A stretch of 64,000 nucleotides of DNA from the IMG/VR virus record IMGVR_UViG_3300028048_000110, positions 1-64,000 of that record; one strand, written 5' to 3'. Position 1 is the first letter of the stretch; every line of letters starts with the position of its first letter. Made by a program: the position numbers and the translations under genes. Source of the DNA: a virus (taxonomy: Duplodnaviria; Caudoviricetes). The notes beneath the pieces are model-generated. The model saw only the letters and a program-made list of their open reading frames with translations, was not told the DNA's origin and searched no databases. Positions 28,956 to 41,695 of this stretch are shown here, piece by piece.

Positions 28956-29678
28956 ATGAATATTGAGATTGACATAACTAGGGAATGCAACTTTGCTTGT
29001 CCATCATGCAACAGAATGTGCAACATCATGCCAAAAAATCCAGGATCAGTGATGGACATGAATGACATAGTGTAGATATTCAAGCAACTGAAGCAGCATG
29101 ATGTCTACAATGTAGCGATAATGGGTGGAGAGCCAACGCTCAATCCATATGTGTTTTCGATATGCGCTTATGCATGCAAGAACGCAAAACATGTAGAGAT
29201 AGTCTCAAATGGCAGCAATCCAAGCAAATTACATCTGCTAAAGTCTATTCCAAAGCTTCACTTCAAGTTCAATGATGGTAAAGTTGGCGCAAAAGAATCT
29301 AAGATAAAGAAGCATATCAACATATATGATGAGAGAAACTTCACAGTGAAAGACGACTACTCAGACTGCAAAATTTTGACAGAGTATGGAGTCAATGTAT
29401 ACAAGCACAATGGCATAGTATACTTTGCAAAATGTTCGTGTATATCTTATATTTCAAGGCTGCTTGGACTTGAAGACAAGTATGCAAAGACTGATCTTAA
29501 TGCTGCATTAAGCATAGAAAATGCTGACCTCTTCAAAGACATATGCCAGCATTGTGCACTGTATCACAAAGACTAGAAAAATTATCTTGCAGGAAAATTC
29601 AAAGACCACTCAATTGTCTCACCTGTATTCTAGAGTGGTTTTCAAACAATAAAAGATTGTTACTATGATTATAGATAA
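28956..29678 (+). CDS. Radical SAM protein, 240 aa (TAG=Gln)
   Basis: CNFACPSC (CxxxCxxC) and GGEPTLNP in one frame across a TAG. Confidence 0.85.
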
Positions 29679-29704
29679 TACTTTAATGCAAACTAAAGAA
29701 AACT

Positions 29705-30553
29705 ATGATTATTGCAAAAAACAGTGAATTTATGCAAAAGTTTTAGTCCAATCTAATTCAAGCAACTCGAAAAATAGACATTTAGGACATTATGGCAAAT
29801 TCCTACATGATTTGCGATGAAGAACACCACAGAGACAGAATACTACTAGAAAAGGCGTTGTTCAAGTTCCACAATATTCCATTTCCCAATATCTTCAAAG
29901 GAGAAACTGACAAGGGCGAATGCAAAAGTCCAACCATAAATTCTCACCTAAAACTTGCATAGTTTGCCAAATAGAACAAATTGCCGTTTTTCTTGCAATT
30001 TGAAGACGACGCCTATCCATGTGATGGCATAATAGAAAAACTAAAGGATATTTTTGAACACACACCGGTTGACGCAAATTGGATTCAACTTGGCTATACA
30101 GAAAAACGAATGAGGGCATTGGATTGTCCCTTGCAGCGAATAACTCAGGACAATGTTCCTGGAAATCATGCCACATTGGTGTTTGAAAGCGCATATGATG
30201 ACATAATCAAGCTATTGAAACAAGGATATCATTCTGATGGAATGGCATATCTTCTTAATGGTGGATATGTCGTGAAAAATCCATTGTTTATACAATATAA
30301 TTTTGATCCCACCGTATGGAAAAACAAATCCTATTGTACGAACTAGTTTTCTTCCGAGGACAAGTAGTATGTGGTTGAAAATTACACTCCAGTTGAGATA
30401 ATATTGAATGACGAATCCTCAAGAGAATTTATACCAGCAGATTAGATATCCAAATTTCGCAAATGGGAGAACAAGAAATTTTTGATTTCCTGGATAAAGC
30501 AAAAGTTGTCCAATAAGTAGAATGTACGGTCAATTTTTAATGCAAGCTTATAA
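29705..30553 (+). CDS. GT25-like glycosyltransferase, 282 aa (TAG=Gln)
   Basis: NSHLKLA..FFLQFEDDA motif; AT-richer composition. Confidence 0.6.
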
Positions 30554-30687
30554 GCATTAAATCTTTAAGTTTTCTTTACAGCATTTAAGGATACTATAAA
30601 TGACAATAGCTGTTCTTCAAGTGATGGTGGAAGTAATTGATATAAAAACAAATTATAAAGTGATAAAAAGACTACAAAGTTTGTTTT

Positions 30688-31368
30688 TCATACCAGTTTC
30701 CAACTACCTATTCTAAAATGATCTATGTAGTATTCTGGCCATGACTTGTGCATTAAGCTTTCGCCAAATTGCAATGTTCCTTGCTAGAACTTTTCCATGA
30801 TATGTTGTTTGATGCTTTTGAATTTGTTTACTAATTCCTCAGGATATTTGATTCTATGAACTTCGTTGCTGAACACCTGTCCTTTGGCATATTCTTGTCT
30901 GTATCCCAGCAATCTACCATAATCTACGCAACCAGATTTGAATCCCAAGAAAAAATAATCGCAATGTCTTTTGAAAAAATTCACCGTAAATCCATTTTCA
31001 TATGAGAGCAAGTGGTCGTCAAATGGCTTCACAGGGAATGTGTCCAAGTCAAGGTATATCCCACCATACTTGTTCAACAAATAGAACCTAAACGCATCGC
31101 TTATGGCAGTTATATAACCAACTTTACCAAGCAAATGTTCTTTTGCCCAAGGTCTAACGACCATATGCTTGTATAAATTGTAGTTTTCACTATGTACAAA
31201 AGACAAGCAATCCTTCAAGTCCTGGTTCTGTATGTTCTCCATGTTTGGCTCGTGGACAAGCATTATCTCGAAGTCAGGATTGACCTTCTTGAAGGTATCC
31301 ATGCAGAACTTCCCATAGTCAGGAATCTCGCTCCCCATCCAAATGAATATGAGTCTCTTTGGTATCAT
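30688..31368 (-). CDS. GT32/Gly_transf_sug DXD glycosyltransferase, 226 aa
   Basis: MIPKRLIFIW, SDAFRFYLLNKYGGIYLDLD; the C-terminal HFRIGSW motif lies beyond the TAG at 30784. Confidence 0.85.
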
Positions 31369-32249
31369 GCTCTCTCAAACCTTGATTTTCCATGATATGT
31401 TTTTGTCAGAACTTCTTGAAGCTGGTTATAGATATTTTGTTTTTTGCAGCCAACCTTTGAGTCGTTTATGCAGACTATCTTTGCCTTGCTGTTTATGACT
31501 ACACTCCCTATGTTGGCATTACTGGTTTTGACATAGCAAAGGTTCATTTTTCCCAGAACTGCTCTCTTACTCATCAATGTGTAGTCCGGAAACAAGTACT
31601 ATGTGAAATTCCATGGTTCTCGGAACTTGTTACATTTCTTGTGTATCTCGTCACCAGCCTTTTCATGCACCTCTTCGCAACAACTCTTTAGCATTGGCGA
31701 CATGGAGTGCTTTATGTAGAAGTAGTGTATGCCATCGTCGTTGTACCCCGTCAACCTTGCCGCAAGTCTATATGAGTTCTTGCACTGAAGTCTGAATGAC
31801 CTTCTTGCCTCGCCCCTATGCACCAATTCATATATCGGCAATCCATCTTCAGTAAAGAAGTCCCCAACAACCATGTCGTTCATTGGCATCATGTCGTCGT
31901 TGCTGTATATGAAGTGCTCTGCAAGTCCGGGTATCTTGCACAAGTACATCTCTATCGTGGTGCTGTTGAACGTCGGCAGCAAGTCCTCCGGGATTATGTC
32001 TTTGTGGAGGACGACATGCACCTTGCTTTGGTCAAGCCACTCCGGCACTTGCTCGATGTTCGACACGACCAGGTGGACTGTCCGAATGAACGGCATGTTC
32101 TTCTCGACGCCTCGGAACCAGTACTTGAATATGTCCCAGCTCCTGTATCTTTGCGGGGAAAGCTCGACCTTGTACTACGACACCGCCTGGCGCCAGACCG
32201 GGTCCCTGTCGTCTACATATGTCACAACAAGGTCAATTGGAAACTGCAT
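31365..32249 (-). CDS. Stealth-family sugar-phosphate transferase, 294 aa, 2 TAG=Gln
   Basis: CR1 IDLVVTYVD, CR2 RY...KYWFRGVEKNMPFIR..LPTFNSTTIE..IPGLAEHFIYSNDD; locally high GC. Confidence 0.88.
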
Positions 32250-32622
32250 CAAGCATTTTCTTTTTCTTCGACTTCCTGTTGTGGCAAATTCTATTCTTGC
32301 TCTGCCTTCAGCTTCGCCATCTGCTCCTCATGCATCTTCTTCATCTTCTTGATGTCGCTTTTCTCATAGTTTAGATGGACAATCTTCTGACCATTGTCGA
32401 TTAGCTCTTGTGTTATCTTCATTGCTGCATTCCTCTGATTTAGTCATTGATGCTATTATTGAACAATAACTTCAACTAGATATATTGTATGTATTTACTT
32501 TGACAAGCATATGCATGAAGCAAAGCGATTTGAAGAACAGCAGTGAAAAATGATGCGCTGCAGCTAAAATGGGATCGCTAAAGCAGTCCCATTTTCCTGT
32601 TTGGACTTGAACTAGACTTGCA

Positions 32623-33399
32623 TCAAAGCAAGATCTCACCTCTGAACTCTTCATTCAGCTTCTTCAGTGGTCCAATGAGTACCCCGAGTGGTGTATATCT
32701 GAACATCTTCTCGAGAGCATCTACATCCTTTGGAAAGCACTTTCCGCCATATCCAAGCTTGCCATCTGGTCCAGGCACTTGAGTGTGGACATCATTTATG
32801 TAGGTTGAGCCAAGCACTCCTTCACGCACTTTGCTGTAGTCAAGTCCTCTCTTCTGGCAGAGGTCATAGATGCAGTTGAAGTAAGTCACCTTCAAAGCAC
32901 CAAACACGTTGTGTGCATACTTCACCATCTCAGCTTCTTCAGAGCTCATGATGATGTGCTTCTTTCCAGGGAAGATCTTCTTGAGAAGCTCAACATGCTC
33001 AGGTGCTCCAGTGAACACCATTGGCTGCCACTTGAAGTCTTCAAGGTAAGTGCGCTCAGTCAAGAACTCTGGCATGTGGTAGACAACTTTGCCGGTCTTC
33101 TTTGACAGCATTGCTGATGTCCCAGGAAGTATTGTTGTGCGAATCCAGATTGGTACATTGTCTGGGCATTTTGCGACTAAGCTCTCAAGAAGCTGAGTGT
33201 TCTGTGTTCCATCTGCTTCTGTTGGCAGGTGGATCTAGATGAAGTAAGCATCACAGTTGCTTATGCCATCATTTATCCCTTTTGGCGGGTCACTAACTCG
33301 TGTCTCCACATCTAGGTTGCTCTGCTTGAGCCACTCATTCAAAGCTGTGCCAATGAAGCCACAGCCAATGATTCCGACTTTGATTTTGTTGACTGTCAT
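32623..33399 (-). CDS. UDP-glucose/GDP-mannose dehydrogenase family protein, 258 aa, 1 TAG=Gln
   Basis: GIIGCGFIG Rossmann motif, IRTTILPG, KYAHN, GYGGKCFPKD. Confidence 0.9.
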
Positions 33400-34151
33400 A
33401 AAATCTACTTGATGTGTTTTTGATTGAATAGAAAATTCTCTTCTGTAAACAATGAAATGTAGTGCTATGGCTTGAAGTCAATGATTGCCTTCATGTAGTT
33501 TTTGCTTTTTCCTGTCCTATTGTCAACAACTAGAAGATGTTTGCAGAAGCACGCTAGTATTGGAAGCACTGGTATTGCCATAGAGTCACAGTTGACAGCA
33601 ATTCTCTATATAGGAGCAATTCCAAGATTTTCAATGAAACCTGACTAATGGCTTAGTTTGAACAGTGAGTGGTAGCAAGAGATTGACATGTATGGGCAGT
33701 TGTTTACGCTACGGAGAACTTCATGGTCTCCAACTTCTTCTTTGCTGCTATCAAACATCTTTATCTTGAACTTTGCATTTGGCAGATTGTGGTAAGAGAA
33801 GTCACAAGTGTTCCAGACATATGGGATCTTGACAAATTGATTTTTATTGAAGTTGATGTGCAATGCATTCATCAATATTGGAATGAATTTCTCCCACACG
33901 CATCTTGTAGTCCAGTGGTGGACATTGTTCTTGTAGGCAATGTATTTGTCACTGTCATTCTCAATGATGACTTTCTAAAAGTGCAGTGCGTGTGGAAGAT
34001 ATGCTGGCTGCTAGAGAACTCTCTCAAATGGCATTCCAGCAATCTTGTTCTTTCTATACGTGGCAAAGTGCCACATCTAGCATTTGTCAGCATGCAGACT
34101 GCCAAGAAACTAGCTGTATCTATTGACTAGGTTGCTTAGAGAATCACTCAT
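33396..34151 (-). CDS. Hypothetical protein in glycan cluster, 251 aa (TAG=Gln)
   Basis: Continuous frame with only TAG interruptions; ATGA overlaps on both sides. Confidence 0.65.
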
Positions 34152-36598
34152 ATGTTGTCAAAACCTAACTTCTAAATGACGACATCATTTGTGTAGAAGT
34201 TCTAGCCATTCTTTGACAGTGCGTTTTTGTCACTTGACTCTGCATATGGGCATAGCTTAGACTTGTGTGGAACAGAAACAACGTCTATGCCAAGCATCAG
34301 CTCTTTCTTCTTTAAGAACACATCATCTGCCAAAATAGAGTCATTTATCATTGCTATGTCATCATTAGTTATGTTGAGTATGTTTGGAGGGTAAAGCACT
34401 CCTCCTACTCCAGTTGCAAACAAGTACTTTGATGGATTTTTCTCATTTGTATAGTCAAACTTCCAATATTTGTATTGGCATATTTTATTGCCACTATAAA
34501 CCATCAAGTGCGTTCTAAGCGCTGACACACAGTTTGGAAACTTTAGATAGCTTACATACAAAGACTAAATGGCATTGTCACTGTATTTGACATCATCATC
34601 TATTGTTATTATTGGTAGATCTCTATATTTCTACATGACAAAGAAGTACTTGTTGTGCGGCCTAAGCTTATTGTCTCCTTGTATTATTTCAACATCATAC
34701 TTTGACATAGTGCTCTTTTGAGATTGGCTTAGTCTTTTGATGTCACTTTTGTCTAGTGTTATGCATATCTTGAAGTCAATGCTTGTCTTTTGGTCAACAA
34801 GCTGCTTGCATGTGCGTTCTATAGTTGACAGCCTTGAGCCAAATGTTGTGAATGCTACTATGCACTAGTATGACTTGTTTTTTGCCCAACTTCCAGCATT
34901 CAGATGGTCAACATATGCTTTGAAGTCTATCTTCTTGTACTTGGCTCTCTTTGACATGATGTCATCATAGAATGATGACCCTGTGTCATAGATTCTGTTG
35001 CCATAATGGTTTTCTCCAATGCGCCGTGAGTCAAAGTACTTTATGCCTAGCTTGTTTATCAAGCTGACATTGAAGAACTGTATAAATGGGACAAATCTTG
35101 GGACGTACGGCATCTTCCTAAAGTCAATTGGCCTAGTCTAGATGTCTGCTGCTGTCACTGTATTGTCATCAATGAAGTCAATGTCTTTGTGCAGCACCGT
35201 GTCTGAGTCAAACAATACCATGTACTTTGTCTTGCAGATGTTCAGCAGATATTGGATTGAGTAGCAGTGCTTGGCAGATGCATGGTTGTTGTGAGACCTC
35301 GTGTTGAAGAAAGACACAATCATCTTGTTGAAGTCAATGAATCTACCATGGGTGTTGTCTATAACCTCAATTCTTGACTTGTCAATGCTAGAGTCTAGCT
35401 AGAATGGAATCTTGTCACTGTTGTCAAACACTGTTATCTTGTACTCAAATGCCTTTATGTTCTTCACTATGCTCTTTATGCAGTTGTTGGTGAGGTCATT
35501 TGTGTTGAAGTTGCAGATTGCAATTGTCACATATGATGAGTCTAGATATTTTTTCTATGCGTGGTCTGACAGCCATGAGAAGAATTGGTCATTGTCATCT
35601 AGAATGTTGGGGTTCTTGTCTAGAACGCCATATTGAAAGTTGTTTTTCCAACAAGCATAGTTGAAGCTCAATTGGTCTCTATGGCTTCCATTGACAACAC
35701 ATGACAGCCAGTCTTCACACACTTTTCTGCACGCTTCATCATTATGGCGCCTCAGTAAGATATTTGTCTCAGCTAGCCCATTCTTTTTTGGGTACTTGTT
35801 TGCCAACAGCATCTTGACGTGCTTGTCTACAATACTCTTGCTGTCTTTGTGTATGTCAAGCACTTTGATGGCTTCATCATATATGCAGCATCTGTTTGGG
35901 TGCTTTCTAACATACAGTGGTGTCTTATCTAAGTCATACTTCTATATGAAGAGATTCAAATCACTCTTTATCTAGATATTGCCATCAACCCAGATTGAGA
36001 TGTCATACTCTTTCAAGTATCTATGAGGGCAGATCTTTATGCATCTTTGTTTTTTAACATTTGATAGATGGTCTAGTTCTTGTGGAAGCTTTATTATTTT
36101 CCAAATGCAGGACTCTTTATATAAGTCTGGCTTGTCTGTAAAGCAGACATAGTCAATGCCGTCACTTTTGACTAATGGCTGCTTTAGTGAGTCATATCTA
36201 CCTGTTATGCATGTATAGCAGACAATCTTCTACTTATATGACTGCACAGTGTCTTGCTCTTCTTTTCTAGTGTAGTCTCCACAGTGCACTTTAGCATCAT
36301 TAAGACTGTTTTTTAGCACCACTTTGTTGCCTTCTCTAATACTAGCCACATCTTTGACATCTATTGCCTTTTCAACTTTTGGAGCATCCTTCTCATCTTT
36401 TACTACATATATCTAGTCTTTATGGCCAAGTGCTGATGCAAACCCTCTTACATAGTCTATTAGCACTTTCTATTTCTCATCTAAGTTTTTGTCAATGATC
36501 ACTATATTGACATCTTTATTGTCTTGCTTAAACTAAGACAGCATAAGATCTTTTATACTGTCATCAATTTTCTATACTATTATATTCATTGTTGCCAT
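34148..36598 (-). CDS. Multidomain glycosyltransferase, 816 aa: DUF616-like + GT-A (VLFDSD) + GT-A (ITIDDD), many TAG=Gln
   Basis: Track ORFs 35555, 35138, 34865 and 34202 share one frame; CYTCITG.YD.LKQP, SIWVDGN, RDQLSFNYA, LRPHNKY. Confidence 0.82.
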
Positions 36599-36601
36599 AG
36601 G

Positions 36602-37279
36602 TCATCTGCTGTGCTGATGTATCTTAAATGTAGAATTACTATTTATCTTGAAGTCTTTGTTCAAGCATCCTGGCAAGAAATGCATCTTCCAACATGCATA
36701 GTTGAATGAAAGCTAGTCACGGTGAGAGTACTTCAGCAGCTCACTTGCCCAAAGGTTGTCAAGCAGTTGGCACTTCACATCGTTGTGCTTACGTAGCAAG
36801 ACACAGCTCTCAACCATCCCAATGTTCTTTGGATAGCCTTCTCTTCTATATGCATCAATCTGCCTATTGATGCACTACTTTGTGTCTTTATGCAAGCGAA
36901 TGCATGCTTTTGCCTCTTCATATATGCACTTTCGGCACGGATGCGCTCTTACATACAATGGGCACTTGTCTAAGTCGTACTGATTGACAAAATCTATCAA
37001 GTCTCTCTATATTTCAAGATTTCCATCTACCCAAATTGAGATGTCATACTCTTTCAAGTACCTATGTGGGCATATCTTTATGACACGCTGCTTTTTCACA
37101 TTGCTGAGATGTTTGAGCTCTTCAGGAATTGGCCTAAGCTTCCATGCTCCACCTTTCAACTTCATGTTGTCCGTGAAGCAGATGTAGTCAATGCCTTTAC
37201 TGACAACTTTTGGCTACTTCAAAGAGTCATAGCCTCCTGTCACACATGTATAGCAAACTATAGACTTACTATTCTACAT
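36602..37279 (-). CDS. DUF616-like glycosyltransferase, 225 aa; codon 2 is TAG
   Basis: CYTCVTGGYDSLK(Q)P, SIWVDGN, HRD(Q)LSFNYACWK; paralogue of the first domain of the adjacent gene. Confidence 0.85.
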
Positions 37280-37294
37280 GTGTATATTTTACAT

Positions 37295-37969
37295 ATGGAG
37301 AAGACATTTGACACCGCATTTGACACAGCAAGCTCAGGCTAGCCATACATGGTCTACCCAAAAGTGTTCTCAGACAACCGTGGGTCATTTTCAGAAGTGC
37401 TTGTGGAAGAAGACATAGACAATATAAGGCAGATAAACAGAAGTGAGTCGTGCCAATGGACAATACGAGGCTGCCATGCACAGCGAGCGCCTCACTGCTA
37501 GTCAAAGCTTGTTGAAGCTTTGACTATTCCAATATATGACATCATAACAGATGCACGTCCAGACTCAAAGACATTTGGCTTGACTGAAGCATACTATCTA
37601 GATCCAAGCAAGTAGAACAAGCTGTTTGTCCCACATGGGTTCTTGCATGCATTTGCTGTGCCAGAGTTCAAAGAAAGTGCTAGTCAACAAGCAATGTTCA
37701 TGTACTACTGCGATGACATCTACAGCAAAGCTGATGAAGTAGGAGTCAACCCTATGAGCATCTTTCCAAGACTTCTAGAGACATGGGAGAAGAATGTCAA
37801 TGAGAACAGCATTCTATGGGACTTAGTCTAGATGCTTAAGACTCCAGACAAGCTAGTGCTGTCTAAGAAAGACACTGAAGCACGAAGCTACTAGTCATTC
37901 ATGGAAGAAGTCTCAAAAGAGTACTAGAACAGCAAAAGCCTTTGGTACTGCAAAAGCATCAAGACCTAA
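37295..37969 (+). CDS. rmlC: dTDP-4-dehydrorhamnose 3,5-epimerase (RmlC-like), TAG=Gln
   Basis: PKVFSDNRGSFSE, QINRS, IRGCHAQ..PHC(Q)SKLV, DARPDSKTFG, LFVPHGFLHAF. Confidence 0.85.
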
Positions 37970-38180
37970 GCAACTGTCCATTTGACTTGTATAGATAGCT
38001 CTTGCCATTGCTGCAAACTATTGCAATGACTGTGTCTTTTCCTGCTCCACTGACTTGTGCATTGACAACGTCAGCTTTCATGTTGAATCTTCTAAGAAGC
38101 TGCTTGTTGTAGTTGTACAAGTCAACTTTCTTTCCAGAGAAAGTTGCATAGTAGCAGTTGTATTTGTCCATGTTGTTCAT
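37959..38180 (-). CDS. Small hypothetical protein
   Basis: 73 aa, AGGTAAATA at 38188-38196, TGA stop. Confidence 0.7.
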   Translation of the reverse strand: MNNMDKYNCYYATFSGKKVDLYNYNKQLLRRFNMKADVVNAQVSGAGKDTVIAIVCSNGKSYLYKSNGQLLRS

Positions 38181-38207
38181 CGATTGATATTTACCTCAAT
38201 ATCATCG

Positions 38208-38753
38208 TCATGACTGTAGATGGCCAGTGCTATCAAGATTCCAGTCTTGCCATCTGCCAACATATGTTCTATACTCGTGTGACACATCTTTGCACACAAC
38301 AACATCAAATGAGCTGTCTTCTTTTACAAGTATGCTTATGCTGGCGAACTTGTCAGTCTTCATTGCCAAGCACTCATACATATAGCATCTTGCCATTGTC
38401 ACAAATGCATCAACTATGACTTCTTGGCCTTGAGTAGGTAGATTTCTGCAGAACTGAGTGTCTAGAATAGTGTCACTCAATGCATGCCACCCTTTCTCAA
38501 GCATGAATACGCTCTTTCTCTTGTTGTCTTTGCACTCAACGTATGACTTGTCAATGTGCATCTCTCTAGACATTGCATCTATGAAGTCTCTAATGCTAGC
38601 TTCTTCTTCTTCAGTGAAGCAGTCTTCTAAGAACTCAACATCAAACTTCACGCCTAGAAGCACATATTCTAGATCTATAGAGCTTTTTGTGTATGCCATT
38701 GTCAATAATGTACACTCTGACGTAGAGCTAGAGGTAAATAAGGTTTGAAACAC
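38208..38753 (-). CDS. Hypothetical protein (probable start 38698)
   Basis: 181-aa ORF, TGA stop. Confidence 0.65.
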   Translation of the reverse strand: MFQTLFTSSSTSECTLLTMAYTKSSIDLEYVLLGVKFDVEFLEDCFTEEEEASIRDFIDAMSREMHIDKSYVECKDNKRKSVFMLEKGWHALSDTILDTQFCRNLPTQGQEVIVDAFVTMARCYMYECLAMKTDKFASISILVKEDSSFDVVVCKDVSHEYRTYVGRWQDWNLDSTGHLQS

Positions 38754-38780
38754 ATAGACTGAAGAACTTGAAAGGCAACA

Positions 38781-40124
38781 ATGTCAACATACACTGATTT
38801 GCATACCCGTAGAAGAGAGACTTTGACTATTCTACGTCAACCTGGATCTCCTGATGATGGAATAACGCCATAGCGTGTTATTTTTGCCAATCCTGAAAAC
38901 ATATATGAAGGCACATTCAAGGGCAAAATTGAAGCTAGTGGAGTAGATTTGTCAAATGCTACTTTGACAGACGTCACGATAGCTGGTGGAACAATTCAAG
39001 ATGCAAAGATATACTCTGAAGGCAGAGTCATGTCAATAGCTGAGTTGACATCTAATGTGTCAGAGCTAAGTGGCAAAGTTGATAGTGCTTTCTAGAAGAT
39101 AGACAGCATGTCTAGCACGGTAGATGATGAATTGTTAAGCTTAAGTGTAGACATTGAGCAGAATGTAGATGGCAAGTTGTCTAGTCTAAGTCTAGACTTT
39201 GCAGAATTAGCAAATGCGTTATCGACAGACATCAACATTAGATTAAGTGATGAGACTTCTGCTAGAGTCTAGCAAGACGCACTTCTTGACTAGAAGATAT
39301 CTAGTGCAGCTGGCGCATTGTCAGATGTGCAAGACTAGATATCATCTATTGAGTTGTCAATTGGCACGATGTCTAAGAGCATAAGTGCATAGGCAGTTGG
39401 CATGATGCACTACCATGGTGCACTGCTTAATGGCTATGGCACACATGAAAGCATAGTATAGTTCTTGATAGCAAACTTCAATAGATATGACTATGCATTC
39501 TATTGTGGCGACTAGTATAAGATAACTGCTGATGTTGAGTTTACAGGTCCACAACAGAAGAGCTTGTATGCAGATGACTACATCTTGTTCAATAGAGACA
39601 TAGTGCTTTCAGCGGCTGGATTTGACAGCATTGACATAATAAGAGACGCTTAGGCTGAAGGAGAGCACATCAAGTCTTTAGTTGACAAGATCAGTTCAGA
39701 CCTTAGCACACTTAGTGGTGAAGTAGGCTCAACATATGAGTCTTTGACTGCTGGCATTGACAATTTAAGTGCTAATGTTAAAAGCTTGAGCAGTGGAATT
39801 GCTACTATATCAGGCATTCTAAGTACTGGCATTGATGGCTTAAGCGGCAGCATTGGCACCTTGAGCTCAACTGTAAGTGGTCTGTCAGGTGAAGTAAAAG
39901 ACATATCAAGCATACTAAGCAGCAGCATTGGCAGCTTAAGCTCTAGTCTATCTAGCTACAACACAACGTTAAGTGGCATTGACAGAGAAGTAGATGGCTA
40001 TGGTGACATAAAGTCAGACAACCTGATTGTCACAGATGTCATAACTAAAGCGGGTGCACACGCACATGACCGATACTATATGTCATTCCTTAGTGGGACA
40101 GTTGTGATGAGGCCAATTGCTTAA
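38781..40124 (+). CDS. Ser/Leu-rich coiled-coil fibre-like virion protein, 447 aa (TAG=Gln)
   Basis: One frame from ATG 38781 to TAA 40122; LS heptad runs; late promoter at 38732. Confidence 0.75.
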
Positions 40125-40147
40125 CAAGAATTTGAAAGAGAGAAGAC

Positions 40148-41686
40148 ATGAGTGACTACATATACACAAAGAACATCTTGACTGGAGATGGCTCTATGTC
40201 AGCCATACAGCCAAATGACGTTGTCATGCTGAATGGAAGCAATGTTTGGCTGAACATCGACGATGACATCAGTGGCTTGAACCCTATTCCATCATTTGAC
40301 ATAGCAAGAGGGATATCTAGTACAACTAAGCTCTCAATTGAGAATGCTTAGGCATAGATTGACAATGTGCAGTTGAGCGTATTGAGTGCATTGTCAGAGA
40401 TATCAAGTGCAGCTGCTGACTATGCATTCACTGATGGTGAGATTTTGTCAGTGCTGACATCACTGAAGCAAGTCAATGGAAAAACTGTTGTTGAAGCTAG
40501 ACCACTTACATCAGCTGATGTCAATGGACTGCCAGATGTTGTTGATAGCAAAGTTGACGTATTGAAGCAGTATGTCATTAATGGATACCTTCCTCTTTCT
40601 GGTGGAGTTGTTGTCGGAGACCTAAGCATTGGCAGAGACTATGCATTGAGTGTTGAAGACGGCGGTAGACTTGCTGTTGGCAACTAGACACTTTGCTCTC
40701 TTCTTAGTGCCGAAATTTCATTAAGCACTAGCATAGCTGTAGAGAAGCTCTCAATAGACTTGAGCAATGACTTTGGCTTTGGCTATGACGCAGAGTCAAA
40801 CACAATATCTGCGCATGTTGCTGGAAGAACACATTAGTTCTCAGCCAATCGATTCACCGAAGCTAGAATGCTTGAAAGCGCACGAGTTGAAACAATTGAT
40901 GGAAAGCCATGGTTGATATTAGAGTTTAAAGTTGATTCACCAGATCTATACAACAAAGTGTCTGTTGACTTAGCATAGATTGCTCCAATGCACTATGGTG
41001 CAAATGGCATTGATGTGCAGTATGACAGTGATAGAGGCAAATATTGCATATCAGCTGACAGCACCATCTGCCATCTGTCAGACATAGAAGCTCTAGATGT
41101 CGGCAATTCAATTGCGCCTGGCCAAATCCTCTCTTCTCTCAAGCAAGAGAATGGACTAGTGTCATATGGAACAGCACCAATACTCTCAAGCTATGTTGAA
41201 GGTCTTTCAGACTATGTTGAGCAAGCATTGAGCAACATAAGTGTTCCATTGTCAACAGTGTATGGCGAATGGCATGTCAATCCACCTGCAGCTAAAGATG
41301 GCAGTCAACTATGTGTAGAGCTAAGCACTACATACGAGAGTGGAACTGAAAAGCTTTGGGCTAGACTAACCACAAATAGCGAAGCTGCAACAGACTTCAA
41401 AGAGCTGTATGATCCATACTGCTATGTTGGATTTGATGAAAATGAAGCCATATACAAGACAGCAGTCTCACGCAAGCAAGACTGCTTCATCATTGGCCAC
41501 AACATCAACTAGCCAATATAGCCAAAGATTGAATTTGGAATGCTAAGTGCTCTTGACAATCCAATATTTGATGACACCACATTAAACATTGATGCATCGC
41601 TAGAGACAACTATAAGTGCTGTGGCCACAATAAGAGATGTGCTGAAGCAGCTTAGGTCAAACATTGAGCATTTGAAAACAATTTAA
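40148..41686 (+). CDS. Fibre/baseplate-like virion protein, 512 aa (TAG=Gln)
   Basis: Track ORFs 40148, 40367 and 40988 share a frame; YLPLSGG fibre-type motif. Confidence 0.75.
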
Positions 41687-41695
41687 TGAAAGTAG

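Noticed and set aside
37279-37295. Divergent genes only 15 nt apart as a special overlapping regulator
   Set aside because: The RmlC start is uncertain (ATG 37349 is equally plausible), so the spacing cannot be trusted.
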